From positions 1 to 55,830 of IMG/VR virus record IMGVR_UViG_3300030102_001765: DNA of 55,830 bases; one strand, given 5' to 3'. The notes under the pieces are model-generated. The model searched no databases and was not told where the DNA came from. It saw nothing but the letters and a program-made list of their open reading frames with translations. Position numbers and translations under genes: made by a program. The stretch is from a virus. Lineage: Duplodnaviria > Caudoviricetes. Shown here in pieces: positions 38,401 to 44,485 of this stretch; within the stretch, counting starts at the first letter, position 1, and every line of letters starts with the position of its first letter.

Positions 38401-38996
38401 AGCTCAAGTCATTCCCGCTGATGATGACACGTCTTACAGGACACGTCTTGAAGGAAGCAAACTCTGGAAACTTTGGCCCACTGTTAGCTTTCGCAACTCT
38501 TGGCCCAACATTTGGTATGGGAACTCTAGCAGCAAAAGATATTTTGCAGTCACGTGGTGGTGAAGAAGGCAGAACCCCAGAGGTTAGAAAGAGAAACATT
38601 CTTAAATCTCTAGGCTATGACAAAAAAGTACATGGAGATGAAAACGACTTCCTTGGCTGGTATGTTGAAGGTTTGATTGTAATGGGTGGTCTTGGTCTTA
38701 TTGGAGACATGATGCACACAGCAGTTGAACAAATAGACAACGGAGCTTACGGACGAGAAAGAATGTGGGGAACATTACTTGGCCCAACGTTTGGTCTTGG
38801 CAACTCAGTAGCTAATGTTTTTGCTGGCATCGGAGAGGAAGAAGGAAGCGGTAAAGCAAGACAAGCAGTCAGAGAAATTGCCAACAGGATACCAGTTGTC
38901 GGTGGTAACAGAGCAGCTAAAGAAGCTATCGTTGATGCAGTTGCTGGTGAAACTGATGATGGTTCCAAGTCTTATCTAAGGAGCATCACTAAATAA
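29415..38996 (+). CDS. Giant polyvalent internal virion protein (zincin peptidase, ADP-ribosyltransferase-like and E3-binding/Lsr2-like motifs)
   Basis: 3193 aa; HEVGH+EYFAE; YHGT..GPGIYVT..GYDG..NQIK; SGRITKRQV. Confidence 0.8.
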   Translation: MANQTNYDGISFAPQEEGATDVGYLNVSPDQITKDPRFLTDLRKYYADYGKYFSTDQEYLDEFYEDATWRDLNTAGAVIGATYTAGESKETRARAKRLEQAWRQLPMFWQEGGRGFASAAPDIAKAIILDPVNLIPVVGAYGKAANVAKAAYLAGTAGREATKAGIKSGIITAGVQEAGIGALAEGVISTANQIRDVQLGLEDEVSLGRVAKDAVIGGATGGIIGGGVLGPVPAFIGARRGVNRTAAQVDELTGKGLTGQQIADTVAARGVTGFDELVEASKDTDAFLGPPETTETTTATESPTAEIDEKINQIKTFYKEEQDLLDSQLDDGVDPDIVAETEVNLNELAALREFGENLKAEQIEISKLEASNNPNLRAQAQKRRAIFERNYSKFRRATKGGLNLSEINEILEQYRAKPSDTADANPVETETTTTEATGEGTTTTEAAPEGRTEGTAPEADATATETVPADETVTATVEVKFDDMPFRNEAQKTKIQSRFNEEYTQEQFEADFAAGKISVGRDGKFTRDTVGEVTASASLARDRKAFTEMMDSKKPEPNETTVTAEPEAKTDEIIIDSESRGRALAAGLDPKDIPAAEASASGRITKRQVNKAINAAKNKPKSSYAQQVKRDLDTLLETIGEDIDVDENSLRALIRVMSQDKAAYRSDPDDILALFDEFNKSGMATGDKAFTKTELKKIRQLVRKIRDPKEGNPEFSKETAQILAERQVLNARDNPETQTESLVRSVQKSIDNKSIYETAGRDTRGRIQAMLRKSSVNVKPNEFAKEEAIIKATSGKGPDVVKYISGGETAIGPDGRKVRVKAGTTLFADGVTKRSFVSYEYLMKTRGVNIGKKSTKKVKQPTDETPTITNEVVQKLVADLQADGDTDKFIRTVKALQKKGAGVPEEPSATVDVPTTSAGKKLIVRSKNNAADVRMISQKQISEGKGIEAIIGQKGGPNSNPANWEIKYAPFDAEAKTLRARQELFESLPSGEVPGQTREDVIKKPMDEADFNEKELELSEAEVAIVNNILGDMGFRGANGLKGNAITGRTLMVMEDKLSMGGWPVKESAMDARIEQIAFLENLMAKIAPDGVNKPVQTRAEAKLAIENIFAGHSSEEIAGAKRLIDMLGGDPDKAPLIRGKTTDTIGAYRGYYTQRDNAVTMRTGQGRGTDMTQLTPTINVLYHEVGHWAYRNILTPEDRAQFWNIAKTHYKGGRVDSGSIDESRYLQNQTISKEGRPDYVVRQPTSPQEYFAEQFEMWVSRKKASPDLATEKFWQRIATYVKGIFDRYYYGAELNPDLEPIFAKIIPDVEEEVTFRLGVDGEPKKEIGKHIQKRLVQLQIVKEDIESAIGRDSPEAIVEAHKELQLLLLQMVPNSKVVARDGADAAIFSPLRKGAAGRRGMVKLIRDRINNYDEMIDGRQYGTDDGFDVRNYGDFSTQADLEKVAEQLKDFYYNGYAGTFKPAQGLPPSVKVENIGNRRSSTQNLIGMIDKQLNAVYQQKEGTTNLIGGSKPDMANKPPVRSNGKVQPSKTAKNTKIKNERIKEQTLNEAVQVAKTKKNSRARVTAKNTPAINQNSAESVKGKKLNDLLALFRKHKGTEYGDQIGVEIVNKIKSQPAPAKQVRVSRETFKLSGDALESELLDALHVGDKARVDEAYAEVVRRANNKRAKSQGGAAILKPKFKKAKMAIATEIAHNKGVIRNDGIPSAARASVREMLSYITHRDTEMQQVSRTIAYRMMNILNKSSYGTMQNANRITMDIMARLGRGDYAVTGDGAFGNYNLPDFKNFRNTVRRLATALNKGEDVDSGITELNKMVIRSGALPQDEMDVIRAAYDALDDTAKAQVIAKHGSKYEGYYSMTRDEMLANEWFGDSISRYMKEDITREDILELSISGDTQNIANIAVLDRAIDRTIEYSSYIANGQIGRQDVKNAYRRVSMYGDMFEDNAARPLAGSLEGKYLTHPSYAADYAHDSFMSMSKDKKTKILRFVKGGYGFDEPNQMPLFFYHGTPRGNKLKKANNPNVQMRPSEIGLYGPGIYVTENPFVASQMYARTPTFNAMVDAIDESNLSDIIKEDLHWDAYELTQVRRDIGKLRRQYASLQPDAYLQREIADERVLVKEQLDELIQVERGLVENMKKNGMEFESDVLPTVIKLDSPADFRATSVYQSEDDPFLQALMAKFNEEDVPAEMISSLSMRGVDGRAFGPRTGEDIYNSVIDAFVRFGGRSKTGAQAEFNNMLQEMGYDGLLTTHRNSLNDGDEFVEVNRTYGASSIQHETAVLFNSNQIKHIDADEFNDMEYGIYAQTTGNPIPKGAVGSMARGLQDGDFNSINDIPVGEFGELLESAGGDPNYVGALMSLMRKRTLTPAEEETIRKSSPVGFLKSQSNNLRDMGARWLGDWYENHFPNLNQRFAGIYFPIQKAMRDLPDSDGSLKRYFKKSVNVGTKITDKIAEQPKSHAKIVKALRYGDGSRHETALTDQERVVYRQIRGAFEAERQAMLDAGLMVGYRQNYFPQVWNAKAIGKDRDKFVEVLQRYYNKDALLNGRTPTDAEAKDFAEGVMMKLVDDEDGADGTFIPVKGTTRSPTFDNVDYSRVLELDRPEFIDELRDLEKYLESDLDALLVKYFEGSSRKMTHVDELGINSHAVYDYMQVAEEGIQGIAKLLSTNKQFRFDRSATNASGMRETFTLQDVIRMPFANSDAEALKFAEQLVNTHNGAGAPAARQLLYSVAPIDPRTGRMNQTYKRRADAIVHALDDFKGKTGVLQPQDYDFIERSLKPVMKKPLTTMGGKAIQTASRNVRFFNNITLLSYTTLTSLGDLMLPIIRSGSMKSWMKGMYSLRDAEMRQAIRNTGVAMENIIHERMIHLYGAPDGKASHAFFNATLLTDWTDMNRQIAAATGYNYFQAMQTKAFNNFKEGVPYAQQPASYKTAHRALKMYGLEMYLPGAEVNPKSLGDKNVLQDKHVKMAMIRFADDSIFQPNADDVPMWAQTPIGAVVFQLKSFPLMMTRLTGHVLKEANSGNFGPLLAFATLGPTFGMGTLAAKDILQSRGGEEGRTPEVRKRNILKSLGYDKKVHGDENDFLGWYVEGLIVMGGLGLIGDMMHTAVEQIDNGAYGRERMWGTLLGPTFGLGNSVANVFAGIGEEEGSGKARQAVREIANRIPVVGGNRAAKEAIVDAVAGETDDGSKSYLRSITK

Positions 38997-39379
38997 TGTA
39001 CGAGTACGCCATAAAAGAAATAACCAAAGTAGTTGATGGCGATACTGTCGACATGGTGATAGACCTTGGCTTCAGCCTTACAAAGAAAGAACGTGTACGT
39101 CTTGCTGGTATCGACGCACCAGAAAGCAGAACACGTGACCTCGATGAAAAGCAGATGGGGCTCGAAGCAAAAGCATTTCTTACAAGACGTCTTGCTGACG
39201 GCGAGCCTTCAGGTCTCAGAGTTAAGACAGAAAAAGACGGCAAGTATGGTAGAATGTTGGGGTGGATTTACATAGGACAGACGAACTTAAATGAAGAGAT
39301 GGTCTATCGTGGTTACGCCTGGGAGTATGACGGAGGCAAGAAAACAAAAAGCCTAGACGAACTGAAGGCAAGACGATGA
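38996..39379 (+). CDS. Thermonuclease (SNase-like)
   Basis: VVDGDT, RLAGIDAPE, GKYGRMLG. Confidence 0.92.
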   Translation: MYEYAIKEITKVVDGDTVDMVIDLGFSLTKKERVRLAGIDAPESRTRDLDEKQMGLEAKAFLTRRLADGEPSGLRVKTEKDGKYGRMLGWIYIGQTNLNEEMVYRGYAWEYDGGKKTKSLDELKARR

Positions 39380-39690
39380 CTCAGAAGAAGCTGCAAAAAC
39401 AATCAAAGTATGCGGAGTATGATGAGGACGGTGATGGTATTGTGAGTGACGAAGAACTCTCTCATATCAAAACTATCAAAGAGACAGAGACAGAATTACG
39501 AAAAAATTTAGCACAGTTACGCATGGCTAGGTTCACATTGGTTGCAATGGGTGCGTTTACTCTTGCGATGTTTTTCGTACCAATAGAGCGAGTACAAGCT
39601 TTAGCGGATATTAGTAACCTATTCTATATATCAGGCGCTGGAATAGTCGGCGCATATATGGGAACAACAGCATGGATGAGTAGAAAATGA
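39376..39690 (+). CDS. EF-hand-containing two-TM membrane protein (putative holin/antiholin)
   Basis: DEDGDGIVSDEE loop followed by two hydrophobic helices. Confidence 0.7.
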   Translation: MTQKKLQKQSKYAEYDEDGDGIVSDEELSHIKTIKETETELRKNLAQLRMARFTLVAMGAFTLAMFFVPIERVQALADISNLFYISGAGIVGAYMGTTAWMSRK

Positions 39691-40082
39691 TACAAGCATT
39701 GATAGGCCCAGTAACAGGGCTACTAGATAAATTTATTGAAGACAAAGACCAGAAGGCGAAGTTGGCTCACGAGATAGCCACCATGTCCGAAAAACATGCC
39801 CAGCAGATAGCGCTCGCTCAAATAGAAGTAAACAAAGCTGAAGCTGCATCTGGTTCGCTGTTCAAAGGCGGTTGGCGCCCAGCAGTTGGATGGACGTGTG
39901 CGTTTGCCTTCCTATACCATTTTATAATTAAAGACCTAATTGTGTTTGCCTGTGCAATAGCTGGCGTAGAAATACCAGAGCTACCAGAATTTGATATGGG
40001 TACACTTTTAACCGTCCTCGGTGGCATGCTCGGAATCGGGTCACTCAGGACATACGAGAAACAAAAAGGATTAACTAAATGA
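39687..40082 (+). CDS. Holin (3TM, GTA-holin-like)
   Basis: GGWRPAVGW and GMLGIGSLRTYEK motifs; directly before the endolysin. Confidence 0.85.
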   Translation: MIQALIGPVTGLLDKFIEDKDQKAKLAHEIATMSEKHAQQIALAQIEVNKAEAASGSLFKGGWRPAVGWTCAFAFLYHFIIKDLIVFACAIAGVEIPELPEFDMGTLLTVLGGMLGIGSLRTYEKQKGLTK

Positions 40083-40534
40083 CATTTAAATTATCAGAGC
40101 GAAGCCTCGGCAAGCTTGAAGGCGTGAATGACAGCATGAAACTTGTTGTTATGAAAGCCATAACCCTTACGAAAATTGACTTCGGAGTTATTTGTGGTCT
40201 GCGAACTCAAGAAGAACAAGAGGAGCTGGTAGCAAAAGGTGCATCCAAGACGATGAAGTCACGCCACCTTACTGGTGATGCCGTAGACTTGATGTGTTAT
40301 CTTGGCTCAAGGGGTTCTTGGGAATTGAATTTGTACGACGACGTTGCAGACGCAATGAAACAAGCAGCCCAAGACGAAGGAGTTGGAATACGTTGGGGTG
40401 CTGCCTGGCAGATACCAGACATTCGTGAATGGGATGGAACAATGGAAGAAGCTATGAACGCTTACGTAGACTTACGTAGGTCTGAGGGCAGACGTCCTTT
40501 CATTGACGCTCCACACTTTGAACTCAGCGAATAA
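40079..40534 (+). CDS. Endolysin, M15 family L-Ala-D-Glu peptidase
   Basis: GLRT..Q, SRHLTGDAVD, IRWG, DAPHFE. Confidence 0.9.
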   Translation: MTFKLSERSLGKLEGVNDSMKLVVMKAITLTKIDFGVICGLRTQEEQEELVAKGASKTMKSRHLTGDAVDLMCYLGSRGSWELNLYDDVADAMKQAAQDEGVGIRWGAAWQIPDIREWDGTMEEAMNAYVDLRRSEGRRPFIDAPHFELSE

Positions 40535-40550
40535 CAGGTTAGCAAACAAA

Positions 40551-40763
40551 CTACTTATTATTATTGTCTTGGTCTGTTGGATACTTGATGACCCTTCTGC
40601 ATTGCTTCTTCTGTACAATGGGGTCTCTCTTTTGTTCAAGTAAGTTAGCCATAACCAAACAACTTGCATGGCTAGTGAACTCTAATCTTTTTAGTTTTAC
40701 TTCTGACGACTCAACGTCTGGGACAATCAGCAACCACAAGCTATAAACAAATACTTCCTTCAT
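40551..40763 (-). CDS. Small hypothetical protein
   Basis: ATGA-coupled to the upstream gene; hydrophobic N-terminus, 2 Cys. Confidence 0.55.
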   Translation of the reverse strand: MKEVFVYSLWLLIVPDVESSEVKLKRLEFTSHASCLVMANLLEQKRDPIVQKKQCRRVIKYPTDQDNNNK

Positions 40764-41080
40764 TTGAAAGACCTGTATTCAACAGTCTTGTTCAGTTCTC
40801 TGGCAACCTTTATGCCTTGCTTCATCCCTTTCGATATACCTCTGTCTGTATAGACAACAACGTAATCTGCAACATCATACCACTTAAATGCAGCATCTAA
40901 TCCTATTTGTCTTTCTGATTCCACGTCTTCATCTAACACTTGCGTGTACAGTAGATGAGATAAAAAAGGGCTCTCGCCCTTTTTTAATGAATCAAGCATA
41001 CACTTACGTGCGAACTCTCTATTTTTTTTTCGGTCTGCCTCGTTTTGCCCTTTGTACGGGCTCTCTACTATTACTTTCAT
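40760..41080 (-). CDS. Nucleoside 2-deoxyribosyltransferase-like (DUF4406-related) protein
   Basis: VIVESPY, PFLSHLLY, GISKGM motifs. Confidence 0.6.
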   Translation of the reverse strand: MKVIVESPYKGQNEADRKKNREFARKCMLDSLKKGESPFLSHLLYTQVLDEDVESERQIGLDAAFKWYDVADYVVVYTDRGISKGMKQGIKVARELNKTVEYRSFK

Positions 41081-41351
41081 TTGTTATTTCTCCTCCAATA
41101 GCTCCATAAGCACACAAGTCCACCCATGAATCTGCATGCTCTGGTGTTTTTATAAGCCGTGAAATCTTCAAGCCAATCATACACATAACAACTTGTTCAG
41201 CTGTTATCTGTTTACCAAGAATCACAGACCAAATCTTAGCAATGTCTTCGTGATTCTTCTTTGCGGGCCCATACACTTTGGCTCTGTCACTATTGATAAG
41301 TTGGTCTGCCGTACCTAGAAATGACGTACGATTAAATTTTTTCTTATTCAT
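41019..41351 (-). CDS. DUF6378-like protein
   Basis: DRAKVYG, IAKIWS, LKISR, DSWVDLCAY. Confidence 0.75.
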   Translation of the reverse strand: MNKKKFNRTSFLGTADQLINSDRAKVYGPAKKNHEDIAKIWSVILGKQITAEQVVMCMIGLKISRLIKTPEHADSWVDLCAYGAIGGEITNESNSREPVQRAKRGRPKKK

Positions 41352-41604
41352 TTTTCATTCTCATCTTTATTAGTTGTATCTGTGCTTCAAGCTCTCGCTT
41401 CTTGTGGTTAAGTTCCACAGTCTCTTTGCGAAGATGCTTACGTTTATCATTGGCTTTTGCGAAGTCATCCTTCTCAAGATTGCTTCTCGAAATGCGTTCC
41501 AATATAGAGTTGATTTCGTTCTCGTTATGCTCGATGTCTTTCATAACTTCGGAACGTTCTTTGTGTAACGTTACAAATTTCTTTTCCAACTCTTCATACT
41601 TCAT
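41344..41604 (-). CDS. Coiled-coil hypothetical protein
   Basis: ATG 41604 directly after the nuclease stop; heptads. Confidence 0.7.
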   Translation of the reverse strand: MKYEELEKKFVTLHKERSEVMKDIEHNENEINSILERISRSNLEKDDFAKANDKRKHLRKETVELNHKKRELEAQIQLIKMRMKNE

Positions 41605-41605
41605 G

Positions 41606-42427
41606 TCAGCTTCCCTTCGGCAACGGTTCATAAAGCTCGTAAAAGTTACACAGTTCTCTGGCACTTCGTCCGTGTTTCTGGCAATGCCAGTCACCATCCG
41701 ACTTGGCGATTGCAAACTTACACGTCGTGCATGACTTGGGAACATCAATTTGCCCCCAACACGCACCCCTTTTAAAACACCCTCGGCATCTCCAATCTGT
41801 TTCGTCATTGCTAATCTTCCTCGCTTTGTTAAGTAAAACCCTCTCAATCCGTTCTTTAATGAACATAAACTCAAGGTCATCATAATCCACAATCTCAGAA
41901 TGGTATTCGCTAGTATTCTTATTGATTGCTATAAAAAAAGATGTCGGCATTTGCGACATCCCCATCATCATTTGTAACTGTGAGTAATATCTAGGATGTG
42001 ATTTCTTTACACCTTCCTTTTGAAATTTTTTCCATGAAGCATCGTTCATGCTTTTGATTTCGAGAACATGCAAGTCTTCCTTGCCTTCGTCTAACTGTAT
42101 GTGTCCGTCCATGTGACAGACGACATGACCACCCAGCTCCTCGTATGTATGTTGTCTTCCAGTCAGTCCGTCTTTTTCCCAGACCCTGACGTCTGCTTTA
42201 ACTTTTAAATCTCTAACGACTTCGTCTTCAAGAATGTGACCAAGTCTAAATATTCTTTTCAATCTTGGTGTCGGTGGATTGTTTGGAAACCCACGCAGAC
42301 TAAATGCTATCTCAGCATCACAAGCAGTACCAATCATAGATGCACCGATGTAATCTCTGGCTTTCTCTCTTGGCTCTTTCTCGTAACCCTCGTCTATTGC
42401 TTCTATTATTTTTTGTGCTTCGACCAT
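41606..42427 (-). CDS. Cas4-like PD-(D/E)XK exonuclease
   Basis: YIGASMIG..C, GH..E, HMDG, LEIKS, Q.Q..M, C-terminal CRGC..C and CTTC. Confidence 0.85.
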   Translation of the reverse strand: MVEAQKIIEAIDEGYEKEPREKARDYIGASMIGTACDAEIAFSLRGFPNNPPTPRLKRIFRLGHILEDEVVRDLKVKADVRVWEKDGLTGRQHTYEELGGHVVCHMDGHIQLDEGKEDLHVLEIKSMNDASWKKFQKEGVKKSHPRYYSQLQMMMGMSQMPTSFFIAINKNTSEYHSEIVDYDDLEFMFIKERIERVLLNKARKISNDETDWRCRGCFKRGACWGQIDVPKSCTTCKFAIAKSDGDWHCQKHGRSARELCNFYELYEPLPKGS

Positions 42428-42440
42428 ATTAAACCTGTAT

Positions 42441-42479
42441 AAAAAAAGAAGGAGTGGGGAGGATTTCCACTCCTTCTTT
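42441..42479 (-). terminator. Rho-independent terminator after the SSB gene
   Basis: AAAGAAGGAGTGG/CCACTCCTTCTTT stem with a U tract on the minus strand. Confidence 0.8.
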
Positions 42480-42487
42480 GCTAGTGA

Positions 42488-42973
42488 CTAAAACGGGATT
42501 TCGTCGTCTAAGTCTTTGTTATCTGCGGGAGGGTCAGACTTTTCAGACTTAGCGTCTGCCTTTGTAGGCATAAACGACTTGACCTCTGAACTCTGTCTTT
42601 GCACCCCATCGTCACCAGTCCAAGGTTTCCCTAAACCGACTCTGATTTTACATTGCAATCCTTTCAGAGACGCAACATCCCCAGGCTTGTCAGGTGTTGA
42701 GTGTCCAGCACAGACGAGAAATGATTTCAACTGTCTGAGGGCAATCTCTTGTGCCTGACTGCTGGTGTGCTTGATGTTCAAGTTCACCCTTATATCACCT
42801 TGACCATCGACATCATCGAAGTCAAGAACCAATTTACGATTGTTGGTAGCACCAACGGGTTCAATGGATGCGTTCTTACATTCCACTGTATACACACCTT
42901 GTTGTAGGCGTGTGCTTCCTGACCCTTCTTCGACAGAAGACAAGTCAAGATTAGTAAAGTTCCAATCACTCAT
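42488..42973 (-). CDS. Single-stranded DNA-binding protein (DUF669-like)
   Basis: GVYTV OB-fold start; acidic tail DLDDEIPF. Confidence 0.85.
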   Translation of the reverse strand: MSDWNFTNLDLSSVEEGSGSTRLQQGVYTVECKNASIEPVGATNNRKLVLDFDDVDGQGDIRVNLNIKHTSSQAQEIALRQLKSFLVCAGHSTPDKPGDVASLKGLQCKIRVGLGKPWTGDDGVQRQSSEVKSFMPTKADAKSEKSDPPADNKDLDDEIPF

Positions 42974-42974
42974 A

Positions 42975-43730
42975 CTATTTCTCCTCGGCTGTAGCCATTC
43001 TTGTTAATAATTCAGTGACATCATCCACTTGTTCAAATGGTTTCAGTACACCCTTTGGGTCTCTGGTCTTGCCATGCCACCCACTCACTTCGTCCGTAAC
43101 GATATATCTCTTCACCTTTGGCAAACCTTTATCGTTTGTCTCTGTCCGTCTCACACCACATAAGACGTGGTCAAACAAAGCTGGAACTTGTTTTGCAACA
43201 GAAGCTCCTTTCACCATAGGCCAATAATGAGTTACATCATTAGCGTCCTTCTCCTCCTTCGCCAAACACGTTACGTAGACATGCAAAGGCAAGTCACGTA
43301 TCCACTTCAAGGCTCCAATCATAATCCGTGAATTGTCACCATATAGTTTGAAGTTGTTGTTATCTCCCTGATGCTCGGCTTCGAGATGCTCCATCAACCT
43401 ATCTGACATCTCTGTCAAACTATCAATGGCTATCCACTTATAACCTTGCTTGGCAAACTCTGGGTCTGCAATCATCTTCATAATACCACGGAAGCTATAC
43501 TTGCCGTTCTCAGGGTCATGCCCCTTGTCCCATGAAGTAAACGGAACATAATCAATGTCCACGTCTTCGATTGATTTCAGACCAGCCTCACCTGATAAGA
43601 TGAGTCCTTTTCCATATCGTGTTTGATAGAACCTACACTGAAAGGTTTTACCAAACCCATGATGTGCATAAAGCAGAACCTTTGTAGGCCCGTCTTGCAT
43701 TATGTCTTTTGTACTAAACGTCTTGAACAT
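42975..43730 (-). CDS. Sak4-like AAA_24 ATPase/recombinase
   Basis: LLYAHHGFGKT, IAIDSLT, GKTRDP; adjacent to the SSB and exonuclease. Confidence 0.85.
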   Translation of the reverse strand: MFKTFSTKDIMQDGPTKVLLYAHHGFGKTFQCRFYQTRYGKGLILSGEAGLKSIEDVDIDYVPFTSWDKGHDPENGKYSFRGIMKMIADPEFAKQGYKWIAIDSLTEMSDRLMEHLEAEHQGDNNNFKLYGDNSRIMIGALKWIRDLPLHVYVTCLAKEEKDANDVTHYWPMVKGASVAKQVPALFDHVLCGVRRTETNDKGLPKVKRYIVTDEVSGWHGKTRDPKGVLKPFEQVDDVTELLTRMATAEEK

Positions 43731-44148
43731 GTTTCACTACCCTCACTTTCGGTTTGTCAAGATTGCGTGTTAGGCAATACTTGATTTCGTTTTGTGTTTC
43801 TAAAGGCATCTTTGTGAACGCCCTTTTATCTATGCTGAGATTACGCTTTACATAATGAGGCAGAGGTTTCTGCTCAAAATGTTTTTCCAAAGCGTCCTTA
43901 TCCCAAGACCATCTCTCAGAACGAGAAACAATGACTTCATACAATCCAAGTTCCTTGGACTGTGAGCCTGACTCTTCTGGAAATAATCTGGAGATGTCTC
44001 CCTCTAGCACAGATATTCTTTCTTCGAGGGTTATCTTCTCAAGGTTTAGTTTATACAGCTCGGCAGACATATCTTCCAATCGCTGTGTCGTTTTAGATGC
44101 GACAACATCTTTGCGTGTTTTGTCAAACACGTCCCAACTATCAGTCAT
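43714..44148 (-). CDS. Hypothetical protein (Gp157/Gam-like position)
   Basis: Coiled coil plus VKRNLSIDK; RBS TAAGGAGG. Confidence 0.65.
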   Translation of the reverse strand: MTDSWDVFDKTRKDVVASKTTQRLEDMSAELYKLNLEKITLEERISVLEGDISRLFPEESGSQSKELGLYEVIVSRSERWSWDKDALEKHFEQKPLPHYVKRNLSIDKRAFTKMPLETQNEIKYCLTRNLDKPKVRVVKHVQDV

Positions 44149-44216
44149 ACGACCTCCTTATTTAATGCGTCATCAGCAATTTATATGAATGATGACTTGA
44201 TTAATAATATAGGTGT

Positions 44217-44245
44217 AGTATAAATTATACATTAATGCAAGTCAA
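44217..44245 (-). promoter_or_regulatory. Sigma70 promoter of the recombination operon
   Basis: Minus strand TTGACT-17 nt-TATACT. Confidence 0.8.
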
Positions 44246-44257
44246 AAGGAGAACAAA

Positions 44258-44485
44258 ATGCGACTTAACATCGAGAAGCTCATCACCGATTTGGGTGGGG
44301 CGTCTTCGGTGGCTAAGATAACTGGCGTGGTTCGTACTGCCCCATACGGCTGGATGAAGCGACGCTATATAAGTAGCCAAGTTCTTGAGAAAATAAAGGA
44401 GCATGCTCCAGACATTGACTTTAACGATTACTTTGAGGAAGACGAACATGAACGAAAAACTGGCAGCAGCGCTGGATTATCTTGA
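44258..44485 (+). CDS. Cro-like HTH regulator
   Basis: LITDLGGASSVAKITGVVRTAPYGW; divergent position; RBS AAGGAG. Confidence 0.75.
   Translation: MRLNIEKLITDLGGASSVAKITGVVRTAPYGWMKRRYISSQVLEKIKEHAPDIDFNDYFEEDEHERKTGSSAGLS

Noticed and set aside
41605-41892. N-terminal extension of ORF 41344..41892
   Set aside because: Overlaps the nuclease gene; ATG 41604 directly after its stop is more plausible
41606-42427. Cas4-like gene as evidence of a CRISPR system
   Set aside because: No repeat-spacer array or other cas genes; it sits in a standard SSB/Sak4 recombination module
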